Shown: positions 1 to 10,228 of the stretch, in pieces | Numbering within the stretch: the stretch's first letter is position 1 | How the letters are laid out: the number at the start of each line of letters is the position of its first letter | Assembly: GCA_965249725.1 (NCBI GenBank) | Contig: CBDFMQ010000002.1 | Span: 416,001-480,000 of the forward strand | Direction of reading: 5' to 3' | DNA from: Longimicrobiales bacterium | Lineage (GTDB): Bacteria > Gemmatimonadota > Gemmatimonadetes > Longimicrobiales > Gaopeijiaceae | Length of the DNA stretch: 64,000 nucleotides | The notes under the pieces: generated by a model | What the model was told of the DNA's origin: nothing | What the model saw: only the letters and a program-made list of their open reading frames with translations | Database searches by the model: none | Position numbers and translations under genes: made by a program

Positions 1-80
1 CCCACCGGGGTTTCCCTTTATCGTTGCCACGCCATGGCGGGCGGGGCTCCGGATTTCATGACTCTGTAGGAGCAGACTAG

Positions 81-1289
81 ATGAGGCGGGTGTCGTTTCG
101 CACAGCGGGAGAGTCCCACGGACGTGGACTGACCGCACTTCTGGAGGGGATCCCCGCGGGGCTCTCCCTACAGATGGAGCGCGATGTCGACCCCGATCTC
201 AAGCGGCGCCAGGGTGGGTACGGTCGTGGCCGTCGAATGGAGATCGAGTCGGACCGCGCCGAGCTTCTTTCGGGTGTCCGCCTCGGTGAGACGTTGGGGT
301 CTCCAATCTCGATGATCATCTGGAATCGGGACTGGGAGAACTGGGAGGAGGCGATGTCCGCGTTGCCCCCCGACCCCGACGGCAATCCGAAGGCCTTACG
401 CTCGCTCTACCTGCCTCGGCCCGGACATGCGGACCTGGTGGGCCTCCTGAAGTACGATCGACGTGACACGCGAGATATTCTCGAACGTGCCAGCGCGCGG
501 GAGACTGCGGCCCGGGTGGCTTGTGGAGCCGTGTGCAAGACCCTGTTGGCGGAGTTCGGTGTCAGCATCGGAAGCCACGTCACGTCCATCGGGTCCATCG
601 AGGCGGAGGTGCCCTCGGAGTTGCCCGACGATCTCAACGGAGCCGTCGATCCGTCACCTCTGCGGACCCTCGATGATGAGGCCTCGGCCCGCATGATCGA
701 GAGCATCGATCAGGCCAAGGAGGATGGCGACACACTCGGCGGCATCTTCGAGGTCGTTGCCAGAGGCCTGCCTGCCGGCCTCGGGAGCTACGTCTCGTAC
801 GACACGAAGCTCGACGGACGTCTGGCAGGTGCGGTCATGTCCATCCAGGCCATCAAGGGTGTCGAGATCGGCGCGGGGTTCGAGGGAGCCCGGCGCCCCG
901 GCTCGAGGGTTCACGACCCGATCGTCGCGGATGCGGACGCCGATCGCGCCGGTGGCATCGGTCGCGCCTCGAATCGTGCCGGCGGCCTCGAGGGGGGCGT
1001 CACGACGGGAGGGCCACTCGTGGTCCGTGCGGCCATGAAGCCGATCTCTACCCTGCGGAAGCGCCTCCCCAGCGTGGACATGCGAGACGGATCCGCGGCC
1101 GATGCCGCTGTGGAGCGGAGTGACGTCTGTGCGGTCCCGGCTGCGGCGATCGTGGGAGAGGCCATGGTGGCACTGGTCCTGGCCGACGCGTTCCTCGAGA
1201 AGTTCGGAGGAGACGCGATGAGCGAGACCCGCCGGAACTTCGATTCCTACATCGCACACCTGAGCGAGCGCGGGTACGGTGTCCGGTGA
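81..1289 (+). CDS. aroC: Chorismate synthase
   Basis: Motifs TAGESHG, RPGHAD, ERASARETAARV and MKPISTL...ERSDVCAVP. Confidence 0.97.
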   Translation: MRRVSFRTAGESHGRGLTALLEGIPAGLSLQMERDVDPDLKRRQGGYGRGRRMEIESDRAELLSGVRLGETLGSPISMIIWNRDWENWEEAMSALPPDPDGNPKALRSLYLPRPGHADLVGLLKYDRRDTRDILERASARETAARVACGAVCKTLLAEFGVSIGSHVTSIGSIEAEVPSELPDDLNGAVDPSPLRTLDDEASARMIESIDQAKEDGDTLGGIFEVVARGLPAGLGSYVSYDTKLDGRLAGAVMSIQAIKGVEIGAGFEGARRPGSRVHDPIVADADADRAGGIGRASNRAGGLEGGVTTGGPLVVRAAMKPISTLRKRLPSVDMRDGSAADAAVERSDVCAVPAAAIVGEAMVALVLADAFLEKFGGDAMSETRRNFDSYIAHLSERGYGVR

Positions 1290-1815
1290 GACGCCCTGCC
1301 GCGTGCTGCTGGTCGGCTTCATGGCCAGTGGGAAGACCAGTGTGGGAAGGGAATTGGCGGACTTGCTCGGGTGGGAGTTCCATGACTTCGACGCCGTGGT
1401 GGAAGAGAGGCTCGGCGTAACCGTCTCCGAGATCTTCCGTACTCAGGGCGAGAAGTACTTCCGGCGCATCGAGGCCGAAGTGGCCTCTGGGTTGCTTACA
1501 AACGAGCAGGTCGTGTTGGCGACAGGGGGCGGGTGGCCCGCCCAGCCGGGAAGCTGGGAGGCGGTGCCCGACGGCACGCTGAGCGTCTGGCTGCGTGTAT
1601 CGCCGGGGGTTGCGGTTCGGCGCGCATCAGGCGAGGGTCCGGTTCGGCCGCTCCTGGCGGGTGAACGCCCTCTGGACCGCGCTGTGGAGTTGATCAAGCA
1701 GCGTGAGACCTCCTACGGGAGGGCGACGGTTGCCCTCGATTCCGATGAGGATGACCCGGCCGCGTTGGCCGCGGCCATCACCGAGATCATTCGCAGTGAA
1801 TCCAACCGAGCATAG
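1279..1815 (+). CDS. aroK: Shikimate kinase
   Basis: Walker A GFMASGKT, GEKYFR, ATGGG, RPLL; overlaps the aroC end. Confidence 0.93.
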   Translation: MSGETPCRVLLVGFMASGKTSVGRELADLLGWEFHDFDAVVEERLGVTVSEIFRTQGEKYFRRIEAEVASGLLTNEQVVLATGGGWPAQPGSWEAVPDGTLSVWLRVSPGVAVRRASGEGPVRPLLAGERPLDRAVELIKQRETSYGRATVALDSDEDDPAALAAAITEIIRSESNRA

Positions 1816-4302
1816 ATGACGACAGCGAACAAAAAGAAGAGCCTGGTCATCGTCGAGTCGCCCGCAAAGGCGAGGACGATCGGCCGTTACCTGGGCAGCG
1901 GCTACGAAGTCGCGGCCTCGGTCGGACATGTACGAGACTTGCCGAAAAAGGAGTTGGGGGTCGACGTGGAGGGCGGCTTCGAGCCGCAGTACGTCACGAT
2001 CCGCGGCAAGGGCAAGATCATCAAAGAGCTCCAGGGCAAGGCCAAGAAGGCGGACAGCATCATACTCGCCACCGACCCGGATCGAGAGGGTGAGGCGATC
2101 GCCTATCATGTGGCGCATCAGCTCGGCTTCGACGGCAACGAGGACCGCTTTCAGCGTGTGACCTTCCGGGAGATCACCAAGGGCGCCGTACAGCGGGCCC
2201 TGGAGACCCCTGAGCCGCTCGATATGGGCAAGGTCGAGGCCCAGCAGGCCCGGCGGATTCTCGACCGCCTGGTGGGCTATCAGGTCAGTCCGTTCCTTTG
2301 GCAGCCGATCCGTCCTGGCCTTTCGGCCGGGCGCGTCCAGACCGTCGCCCTCAGAATGATCTGTGAGCGCGAGGACGAGATCAACGCGTTCGTGACCGAA
2401 GAGTATTGGTCGATTACGGCTCGGCTGCAGAAGGACGACCAAGCGTTCGAGGCCAAACTGCAGAAGATCGACGGCAAGGCGTTCCACCTCGGCGACGAGG
2501 CATCCGCCCAGAGTGTGGTCGACGAGGTGGGGAGTCTCGACTTCCGCGTCGGTGATGTGAAACGCCGTGAGCGCCGGAAGAACCCCGCGGCTCCCTTCAC
2601 AACCTCGACGCTCCAGCAGGAGGCCGCCAAGCGGCTCGGGTTCTCGGCGAAGCGGACCATGAGCAATGCCCAGAGATTGTATGAGGGAGTGGAGATCGGG
2701 AGCGGGGGCGCCGTGGGGCTGATCACCTATATGCGGACGGACTCCACGCGGGTGTCAGGTGAGGCCGTCGGTCAGGCGCGCGACTGGGTGACCAACGAAT
2801 TCGGCGAGGATTACGTTCCCGCCTCTCCCCGGTTGTGGGGCGGTAAACAAGCGAAGGCCGCACAGGACGCACACGAGGCCATCCGGCCGACCGACGTCTC
2901 GCTGCATCCCGACGATATGCGCGCCTTCCTGGACCATGATACGGCTCGTCTCTACGAGGTGATTTGGCTGCGCTTCGTCGCTAGCCAGATGTCACCCGCA
3001 GTCCACGATACGACGACGGTCGACTTCCCCCTGAAAGGGGGGAGCGGGCGCGGATATCTGTTCCGGTCCACCGGGTCTATCGTGAAGTTCCAGGGCTTCA
3101 CCCGGCTCTACCTCGAGGCGACGGAAGCAGGCGAACACCGGCGGCTGGATGACCTGGAGCCGCTGCCGGACCTGAGCGTGGGTGATCAGGCGGCGCTCGA
3201 CGGAATCGATCCCAAGCAACACTTCACACAGCCCCCGCCGCGCTTCAGTGAAGCGTCCCTTGTACGGGACATGGAGAAGCTGGGCATCGGCCGCCCCTCC
3301 ACGTACGCGCAGATCATCTCCACGATCCAGGACCGTGGGTATGTGGATCTGGAAGAACGGCGATTCCACCCCACGCCACTCGGTGACACCGTGTCGAAGC
3401 TGTTGGTTCGGGTATTCCCGAACATCTTCGACGTCGACTTCACGAACCGCATGGAAAACGAGCTGGACCGCGTGGAAGAGGGTGAGCTCAAGTGGCAGAA
3501 GTTGCTTGCAGATTTCTACCCCCCCTTCAAGGGCCAACTCGAACAGGGCGAGGCCCGCTCCGAGGAGATCATCAAGGAACTCCTCTCGGCCGAGGGCGAA
3601 ACGTGTGACCTGTGTCAGAGCCCGATGCAGGTGCGCTGGAACCGTTTCGGTCGTTTTCTCGGGTGCTCGGCCTATCCCGACTGTAAGGGTACTCGCCCGC
3701 TGGACGGACAGGCCGAGGAGATCGTGCTCGGGAAGGACGAAGCGACGGGGCAGGATGTCTACGCCAAGGTGGGCCCCTACGGCCCCTATGTGCAGTTGGG
3801 TGATGGAGAAGACGGCAAGAAGCCGAAGCGCTCGAGCCTTCCCAAGGACAAGAAGCTGGAAGACGTGGATCTGGCCGAGGCCCTGCTCCTGCTTTCGCTG
3901 CCTCGGACGATCGGAGTCGACCCGGAGTCGGGCGAAGAGGTCGTTGCCGGTCTCGGTCGTTTCGGTCCGTTCGTTCGCAGAGCCAAGACCTTCGCCAGCT
4001 TGGCCACCCACGACGACATGTTCACGGTGAGTATCGAAGAGGCTGTTCGGCTCCTGAACGAGAAGAAGGCAGGCCGCTCCGTGCTGCGGGAGTTGGGCGC
4101 TCACCCCGAATCGGGCGTCGATCTACAGATCCTCTCTGGGCGCTACGGCCCTTACGTCACCGATGGCAAGGTCAACGCGAGCCTCAAGAAGGGCACCGAG
4201 CCAGAGGACCTGACCATGGACGACGCCGTCGAGCTGCTGGTTCAGGCGGCTGCTCGGAAGAAGGCCGGTGGTGGCCGTGGACACGGTCGCAAGAAGAAGT
4301 AG
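1816..4302 (+). CDS. topA: DNA topoisomerase I (type IA) with one C4 zinc ribbon and C-terminal repeats
   Basis: IVESPAKA, ATDPDREGE, SAGRVQ, LITYMRTDS, GIGRPSTY; GPYGPY/GRFGPF/GRYGPY repeats. Confidence 0.97.
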   Translation: MTTANKKKSLVIVESPAKARTIGRYLGSGYEVAASVGHVRDLPKKELGVDVEGGFEPQYVTIRGKGKIIKELQGKAKKADSIILATDPDREGEAIAYHVAHQLGFDGNEDRFQRVTFREITKGAVQRALETPEPLDMGKVEAQQARRILDRLVGYQVSPFLWQPIRPGLSAGRVQTVALRMICEREDEINAFVTEEYWSITARLQKDDQAFEAKLQKIDGKAFHLGDEASAQSVVDEVGSLDFRVGDVKRRERRKNPAAPFTTSTLQQEAAKRLGFSAKRTMSNAQRLYEGVEIGSGGAVGLITYMRTDSTRVSGEAVGQARDWVTNEFGEDYVPASPRLWGGKQAKAAQDAHEAIRPTDVSLHPDDMRAFLDHDTARLYEVIWLRFVASQMSPAVHDTTTVDFPLKGGSGRGYLFRSTGSIVKFQGFTRLYLEATEAGEHRRLDDLEPLPDLSVGDQAALDGIDPKQHFTQPPPRFSEASLVRDMEKLGIGRPSTYAQIISTIQDRGYVDLEERRFHPTPLGDTVSKLLVRVFPNIFDVDFTNRMENELDRVEEGELKWQKLLADFYPPFKGQLEQGEARSEEIIKELLSAEGETCDLCQSPMQVRWNRFGRFLGCSAYPDCKGTRPLDGQAEEIVLGKDEATGQDVYAKVGPYGPYVQLGDGEDGKKPKRSSLPKDKKLEDVDLAEALLLLSLPRTIGVDPESGEEVVAGLGRFGPFVRRAKTFASLATHDDMFTVSIEEAVRLLNEKKAGRSVLRELGAHPESGVDLQILSGRYGPYVTDGKVNASLKKGTEPEDLTMDDAVELLVQAAARKKAGGGRGHGRKKK

Positions 4303-4332
4303 CCGGCTGGGAGCCGGGAGCGGATCAGAACG

Positions 4333-5673
4333 GTGACGGACCGAGTCGTCGTAGTGGGAGGTGGGCTGGCCGGCTGTGAGGCCGCGCTGCAGCTCGCTAG
4401 CAGGGGACACCCCGTCACCCTGCGTGAGATGCGACCGGTACGGAAGACCGAGGCGCACCAGAGCGATCACCTCGGCGAGCTCGTCTGCACGAACTCCTTC
4501 AAGAGCGAGAGCCCCGAGAATGCGCACGGGCAGCTCAAGAGGGAGATGCGCGCCCTAGGCTCCGTGCTCCTCGATTCCGCCGACGCCACCAGCGTGCCTG
4601 CCGGCTCGGCCCTGGCGGTGGATCGTGTGCTCTTCGCCGAAGCCATGACCCAGGCGGTCACGTCCCATCCGGACATCGAATTGGTGAGGGAAGAGAGCAC
4701 GGAACTGCCTGAGGGACCCGCCGTGATCGCGACCGGACCCCTGACCTCCGATGCCTTGGGCGAGTCCATCCGGGGCGCACTAGGAGATGACGGGCTCGCC
4801 TTCTACGACGCCATCGCACCGATCGTTCATCGTGATTCCTTGGACGACAGCATCGTCTTCGAAGCCGGCCGATTCGACGAGGACAGCGACTACATCAACT
4901 GCCCCATGTCCAAGGAGGAGTACGAGGTCTTCATTCAGGCGCTCATCGAAGGGGACATCCACGACGGACACGACTGGGATGCCGTCCCCTACTTCGAGGG
5001 CTGCCTTCCCATCGAGGTGATGGCGTCCCGAGGTGTGGACACGCTCCGATTCGGACCGATGAAGCCGATCGGACTCACCGATCCCAGGACCGGTATGCGT
5101 CCCTGGGCGGTGGTGCAATTACGGCGCGAGGACCGGGCGGGACAGATGTGGAACCTGGTGGGCTTTCAGACCCGGCTCCGGGTGGGAGCGCAACGGGACG
5201 TTTTTCAGCGTATCCCGGGACTGGCCGATTGCGAGTTCCTGCGCTGGGGGTCCATCCACCGGAACTCCTATCTCAACTTTCCCGGATGCCTCACGACGTA
5301 TGGATCGCTTCAGGACCGGCCGGATGTGATCTTCGCCGGGCAGCTCACCGGAGTGGAGGGGTACACCGAGTCCGCCGCCAGCGGCATTCTGGCGGGGATC
5401 AACCTGTGCAGGCTTCTCTCCGGCGAGGAGGCGGCCGTGCCTCCGCCCACGACCATGCTCGGAGGTCTGTTTCGGTACCTGCGCGACAGCAAGCCGTCGC
5501 GCTTTCAGCCGATGAACTCCAACTGGGGTCTTGTGGATCCTCTGAACGAGCGCGTGAAGGACAAGAAAGTGAAGCGGGTGGAGCTCGCGAAGCGGGCCGC
5601 CTCGGACTTCACGGCGTGGATGGAGGCCAACGGCATCACGAGGCGATCCGCCGCCGTGGCCTCCGCCGGATGA
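4333..5673 (+). CDS. trmFO: tRNA (uracil-5-)-methyltransferase, FADH2-oxidizing
   Basis: GGGLAG Rossmann motif, ELVCTNSF, YFEGCLPIE, FGPMKPIGL, GQLTGVEGY. Confidence 0.95.
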   Translation: MTDRVVVVGGGLAGCEAALQLASRGHPVTLREMRPVRKTEAHQSDHLGELVCTNSFKSESPENAHGQLKREMRALGSVLLDSADATSVPAGSALAVDRVLFAEAMTQAVTSHPDIELVREESTELPEGPAVIATGPLTSDALGESIRGALGDDGLAFYDAIAPIVHRDSLDDSIVFEAGRFDEDSDYINCPMSKEEYEVFIQALIEGDIHDGHDWDAVPYFEGCLPIEVMASRGVDTLRFGPMKPIGLTDPRTGMRPWAVVQLRREDRAGQMWNLVGFQTRLRVGAQRDVFQRIPGLADCEFLRWGSIHRNSYLNFPGCLTTYGSLQDRPDVIFAGQLTGVEGYTESAASGILAGINLCRLLSGEEAAVPPPTTMLGGLFRYLRDSKPSRFQPMNSNWGLVDPLNERVKDKKVKRVELAKRAASDFTAWMEANGITRRSAAVASAG

Positions 5674-5695
5674 TCCGATCGGATGACCGGACCGA

Positions 5696-6655
5696 ATGAC
5701 CGGACCGGATGACGCGATGGGTGACACGATGGGTAAGCCACGCATGGATCCCGACGTTACTCGCTTTCTCGGGTACCTCGAGCATCAGCGCCGGTTGTCA
5801 CCCCGCACCGTTGTGTCCTACCGAAAGGACCTCACGGATCTCGCCACGTTTCTGGATGAGCACATCGGTGGTTCGGGTTGGACCTGGGCGGGCATCGACC
5901 GCCTCGATCTGCGTGGGTTCATGGGCTGGTGCGGCCGAAAGGGGCTGGGACGTCGCACGGTAGCGAGAAAACTCTCGGCGGTGCGGACGTTCTACCGGTT
6001 CCTGAACCTCGAGGAGCGCCTCCCCGCCGATCCGACACGCGCCCTCAGGACTCCCAAGCTCGACAAGCCGCTCCCGGCGCACGCGACTCAGGCGGACCTG
6101 AGATCCGTCTTCGCCGTCGCCGAGGGTCGCGCTGCAGAGAACACAGCGGGGGGCACGAGGGACCTGGTCATCCTCGAGCTGCTTTACGGGAGTGGTCTCA
6201 GGTTGGCCGAGATCCATGGGCTGGACGTCGCTGACCTCGACCTGGGGAGAGAGCAGCTCAAAGTGCTGGGGAAGGGGCAGAAGGAGCGGATCGTCCCACT
6301 CACGGGCGCGTCACGTAGGGCAGTGGGACTGTACCTGCCTCGCCGCGACGAGGTGCGCCAAAGGCGCGGATCGTCGGAGAAGGCTCTACTCCTGAACCTG
6401 CGGGGCAACCGGCTCTCACGGCGATCGGTTCAGAAGATCGTACGACGCCTTCTGGATGATGCCGCGGCCGGCGAGGGCCTCTCGGCTCACTCTCTCCGTC
6501 ACAGCTTTGCGACCCACCTTCTGGACGCCGGAGCGGACCTCATGGCCGTGAAGGAGCTTCTCGGCCACGTGTCCCTGTCGACGACGCAGATCTACACCCA
6601 CACGTCCAAGGAGCGGCTCCGTAAGGTGTACCGAGACGCCCACCCACGGTCCTGA
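5696..6655 (+). CDS. xerC: Tyrosine recombinase XerC (true start may be a slightly downstream ATG)
   Basis: GSGLR, GKGQKER, HSLRHSFATH, LGHVSLSTTQIY; topA-trmFO-xerC-hslVU context. Confidence 0.9.
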   Translation: MTGPDDAMGDTMGKPRMDPDVTRFLGYLEHQRRLSPRTVVSYRKDLTDLATFLDEHIGGSGWTWAGIDRLDLRGFMGWCGRKGLGRRTVARKLSAVRTFYRFLNLEERLPADPTRALRTPKLDKPLPAHATQADLRSVFAVAEGRAAENTAGGTRDLVILELLYGSGLRLAEIHGLDVADLDLGREQLKVLGKGQKERIVPLTGASRRAVGLYLPRRDEVRQRRGSSEKALLLNLRGNRLSRRSVQKIVRRLLDDAAAGEGLSAHSLRHSFATHLLDAGADLMAVKELLGHVSLSTTQIYTHTSKERLRKVYRDAHPRS

Positions 6656-6759
6656 GGTTTCAGGGGATCTTTCGCGGCCTGGATAGGGTTCAACCTCCCC
6701 CGCAGTTGGTGTATCGTTGAGGCCCGCTTCGAAACACCGGTGACGAGTCGAAGGAATAG

Positions 6760-7314
6760 ATGAACTATCCCACGGAAAAGCCGCCGATTCACGCGACGAC
6801 GATCGTTGCGGTACGCAGAGACGGCAAAGTCGCCCTTGGAGGTGACGGCCAGGTCACGATGGGCGATTCCGTCGTGAAGAATACCGCCCAGAAGGTGCGG
6901 ACCCTGCGAGACGGTAAGGTCCTCGTAGGATTCGCCGGGGCCGTGGCCGACGCGTTCACCCTCTTCGAGAAGCTCAAGGAGAAGCTGGAACGCTTTCCGG
7001 CCAACGCGACGAGGGCCGTCGTGGAGCTCGCCAAAGACTGGCGGATGGATCGCTATCTGCGGAGGCTCAACGCGCTCCTGCTCGTGGCGGATTCGGACCA
7101 TCTCTTTCTCGTCAGCGGTGAGGGCGAGGTCATCGAGCCCGACGACGATGTTCTCGCCATCGGGTCGGGGGGCTCGTACGCCATGGCCGCGGCCCGGGCC
7201 CTGATGGCCCATTCCGACCTATCGGCACCGGACACCGTCCGGAGAGCGCTGGAAATCGCCGGAGAAATCTGCATCTACACGAACATGCAGATCACCGTTC
7301 TGGAGCTCGAGTAG
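6760..7314 (+). CDS. hslV: ATP-dependent protease peptidase subunit
   Basis: Mature N-terminus [25 protein letters not shown]. Confidence 0.97.
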   Translation: MNYPTEKPPIHATTIVAVRRDGKVALGGDGQVTMGDSVVKNTAQKVRTLRDGKVLVGFAGAVADAFTLFEKLKEKLERFPANATRAVVELAKDWRMDRYLRRLNALLLVADSDHLFLVSGEGEVIEPDDDVLAIGSGGSYAMAAARALMAHSDLSAPDTVRRALEIAGEICIYTNMQITVLELE

Positions 7315-7315
7315 C

Positions 7316-8839
7316 GTGGCCGACACTACGGCCGGGGTGCCCGAGGTTGTCCCCGCTTCGTCCAAGGTTGCCCCCGGATCGTCGGAGGTCCCAGAGGATG
7401 CCTGGCTGGACGAGTTGACGCCCCGTCAGATCGTAGGCGAGCTGGACAAGTACATCGTGGGGCAGGACGACGCGAAGAAGTCGGTGGCGATCGCGCTCCG
7501 AAATCGTTGGCGTCGTCAGCGCGTCGAGGAGGAGCTCCGAGACGAGATCGTCCCCAACAACCTGATCCTCATCGGCCCGACCGGGGTGGGCAAGACCGAG
7601 ATCGCGCGGCGCTTGGCGCGGCTGGCCGGGGCCCCCTTCGTGAAGGTCGAGGCCTCGAAGTACACCGAGGTCGGCTACGTGGGACGGGACGTGGAGTCCA
7701 TGATCCGCGACCTGGTGGACGTAGCCGTCAACATGGTGCGCGCGGAACGCGAGGACGAGGTGCAGGAAGTGGCCGAAGCTCGAGCCGAGGAGAAGCTTCT
7801 GGACCTCCTCCTTCCCGCCCCGGTGGCCACGCCCAGGGTCGAAACCGCGCCTGCGGGAAACGGAGAAGAGGTCAGGCCCCACGTCTTCGTGGTGGGCCCG
7901 GAGGGTGTCGAGGCGCGGGACAGCGACGAAGGGGACGATGCCGTGGAGGTTCGGCGTCAGCGGACCAGAGACAAGCTTCGAGGCTTGTTGCGTGATGGGA
8001 AGCTCGAAGAGCGCGAGGTGGAGATCGAGGTGTCGCAGACCGCCTCGTTGGAAGGTATGGTCGTCCCCATGGGCGGCGGCATGGACGGGATGGACCACAA
8101 CTTCACCGAGATGCTTCAGGACATGCTCCCGAAGCGGAAGAAGAAGCGGACCGTCACGCTCGCCGAGGCGCGTCGCATTCTCGTCCAGGACGAGCTCGAT
8201 CGCCTGGTCGACATGGATGAGGTGATCAACGAAGCCCTGGTCAGGGCCGAGGACATGGGCATCGTATTCCTCGACGAGATCGACAAGATAGCGGGGGACC
8301 GGGGTGGAACCGGGCCCGATGTGAGCAGGGAGGGTGTGCAGCGAGACATCCTGCCCATCGTCGAAGGCTCCACCGTCCAGACGAAGTACGGGCTGGTGCG
8401 TACCGACCACGTCTTGTTCATCGCGGCCGGTGCCTTTCATGTCGCCAAGCCCAGCGACCTCATCCCGGAGCTGCAGGGTCGTTTCCCGATCCGTGTCGAG
8501 CTCAAGAGCCTCGGCGAGGCCGAGTTCGTGCGCATCCTGCAGGAGCCGAAGAACGCCCTTGTACATCAATACAGCGCGCTCGTCGAGACGGAGGGTGCGT
8601 CGCTGGAGTTCAAATCGGACGGGGTGGCGGAAATCGCGAGGATCGCAGCCGTCTTGAACGACCAGATGGAGAACATCGGGGCCAGGCGGCTGCAGACGGT
8701 CATGACCACCCTGCTGGAATCGCTACTCTACGAGCTTCCGGAGGAAGGCGTGAGGGAGTTGGTGATCGATCGCGAGTTCGTGCAGGAGAACCTGAGCGCC
8801 ATCGTGGACGACGCGGACCTGAGGCGGTACATCCTGTAG
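7316..8839 (+). CDS. hslU: ATP-dependent protease ATPase subunit
   Basis: [42 protein letters not shown]. Confidence 0.97.
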   Translation: MADTTAGVPEVVPASSKVAPGSSEVPEDAWLDELTPRQIVGELDKYIVGQDDAKKSVAIALRNRWRRQRVEEELRDEIVPNNLILIGPTGVGKTEIARRLARLAGAPFVKVEASKYTEVGYVGRDVESMIRDLVDVAVNMVRAEREDEVQEVAEARAEEKLLDLLLPAPVATPRVETAPAGNGEEVRPHVFVVGPEGVEARDSDEGDDAVEVRRQRTRDKLRGLLRDGKLEEREVEIEVSQTASLEGMVVPMGGGMDGMDHNFTEMLQDMLPKRKKKRTVTLAEARRILVQDELDRLVDMDEVINEALVRAEDMGIVFLDEIDKIAGDRGGTGPDVSREGVQRDILPIVEGSTVQTKYGLVRTDHVLFIAAGAFHVAKPSDLIPELQGRFPIRVELKSLGEAEFVRILQEPKNALVHQYSALVETEGASLEFKSDGVAEIARIAAVLNDQMENIGARRLQTVMTTLLESLLYELPEEGVRELVIDREFVQENLSAIVDDADLRRYIL

Positions 8840-8869
8840 CGTCGGGGTCGACGACCCCTCTCGTGCCGC

Positions 8870-9214
8870 CTACAGATCGAGGACGAGCTTCAAGCCTGCG
8901 TTGACATGGGCCATCAGCTCAGGAGTGATTCGCCCCGCTCGCTCCGAGAGATAGGCCTCGTCCAAGGCGACGATCTGCGTGACGTTGGCCACCGAGTCCT
9001 TGGTCAGGCCGCTTACTTTGGCCGGAAGAAGGACGTTGCCCGGAGCGTCCAGGAGTCGGGTGTTCGAGGTCAGGACGATGCCCAGAACGGTCCGTAGTCG
9101 GCTCCGGTTGAAGGAGTCTGCCTGCACTACCAGGAGGGGGCGACGAAAGCCCGGCTCCGAGCCACGGGGTGCATCGAGATCTGCCCACCACACCTCGCGG
9201 CGCAGTACTACCAC
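8870..9214 (-). CDS. PemK/MazF-family toxin
   Basis: WWADL..GSEPGFRRP.LVVQ..FNRS and GLTKDSVAN motifs; overlaps the upstream small gene. Confidence 0.9.
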   Translation of the reverse strand: MVVLRREVWWADLDAPRGSEPGFRRPLLVVQADSFNRSRLRTVLGIVLTSNTRLLDAPGNVLLPAKVSGLTKDSVANVTQIVALDEAYLSERAGRITPELMAHVNAGLKLVLDL

Positions 9215-9444
9215 TCGTCGGAACTCACACTTCTGGCCTGGGCGGTACGGAGCGTCGGGTCGATGCCGCTGGGTGCGTCCGCGAAGACATCGTTCAATCT
9301 GGAGGTAACGTCCTCGTCACGGTGCTTTGCCAGGTACTCGGCGACCGCCGTAGCGTAGAGCTTGCTTCTGGATAAGCCTAAGCGTTCTGCGAGGGCGTCG
9401 GCAGATGCGAAAAGGTCATCGGGGAGAGAGACGGCAGTTTTCAT
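9208..9444 (-). CDS. Ribbon-helix-helix antitoxin paired with the MazF-type toxin
   Basis: MKTAVSLPDDLF..ADALAERLGLSRSKLY RHH pattern, directly upstream of the toxin. Confidence 0.85.
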   Translation of the reverse strand: MKTAVSLPDDLFASADALAERLGLSRSKLYATAVAEYLAKHRDEDVTSRLNDVFADAPSGIDPTLRTAQARSVSSDEW

Positions 9445-9470
9445 ACTGGAAGTATACTACGGTATGACCA
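9445..9470 (-). promoter_or_regulatory. Probable leaderless promoter of the TA operon
   Basis: Minus-strand TATACT (9456-9451), 6 nt, then ATG; no SD sequence. Confidence 0.55.
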
Positions 9471-9619
9471 GTCACGACAACTCCCACCGAAGAGGCCAGG
9501 GGAGACCCCGAATTCCTTTGAATGCTAGCATATGCTCGCCCGCCCCACCCGAGTTCATGAGGCTCGGATAGGGCGGGCGTAGCCGGTCGCGACGGACAGG
9601 CTGTAGGGAGGACTCCCTG

Positions 9620-10072
9620 CTAGAGGGTCTGCTCGCGGATATCGAAGCTCGATGTCGAGGCATCACGCAGAGCCCGGAACACGACCACGGGCTGGCTGTC
9701 GCTCGAGAAGTGGATGTCGTCGGTCTGGAACGCCAGCCTCGCCTCACCGGCTGAGGCTGAGAGGAGCTCAGCTCCGGACCCGTCCGCCTCGAGATCGAGG
9801 TAATCGAAGCTCGAACGGTCCCAGGTCAGCACGACCTGGTATTCGCCCTCTCCCGCCAGCCGCTGACCCGAAATGGCCAGTTCCACCCGAACCATCTCAC
9901 CCGCTTCGGCCTGGGCGCTGGACACATAGAACGTGATTCCCTGGTCCGCCGACTGCACGGCGTCGGAGATACTCTCCGGCGCTATCACCGAGCTGTCGCA
10001 GGCCATCAATCCGGCCACCAGAGCCAATGCCATCGCACCCTGTCCGAGCCTTCTACCGTTCACGTTTTTCAT
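9620..10072 (-). CDS. Putative lipoprotein with a cohesin/Ig-like beta-sandwich domain
   Basis: Signal peptide with lipobox LMAC; alternating beta-strand pattern VRVELAI/YQVVLTWD. Confidence 0.65.
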   Translation of the reverse strand: MKNVNGRRLGQGAMALALVAGLMACDSSVIAPESISDAVQSADQGITFYVSSAQAEAGEMVRVELAISGQRLAGEGEYQVVLTWDRSSFDYLDLEADGSGAELLSASAGEARLAFQTDDIHFSSDSQPVVVFRALRDASTSSFDIREQTL

Positions 10073-10104
10073 GATGATCTCCTGGCAGGTGGAGCGGCGT
10101 CGTT

Positions 10105-10149
10105 GCCGTTCTCATACCACACACAGGAAACCGTGCACGGGCGTGCTCA
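10105..10149 (-). promoter_or_regulatory. 45-bp motif, copy A; candidate ECF-sigma promoter of the lipoprotein gene
   Basis: 37/45 ungapped identity with 22752-22796. Confidence 0.6.
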
Positions 10150-10228
10150 TCGGAGTCGGCCTTTCGCCGTCGGAAGTGAGTCGCTATCCCTCAGACGCCC
10201 TCCCCAGGGGCAGACCGAGGGGGCTCTG

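Noticed and set aside
5696..6655. Phage or integron integrase mobilising island 1
   Set aside because: It lies in the conserved topA-trmFO-xerC-hslVU context and looks like housekeeping XerC; no att sites were seen
8841..8862. TCGGGGTCGA..GACCC similarity with ~44931-44957 as island boundary sites
   Set aside because: The match is short and GC-rich, so chance is a sufficient explanation
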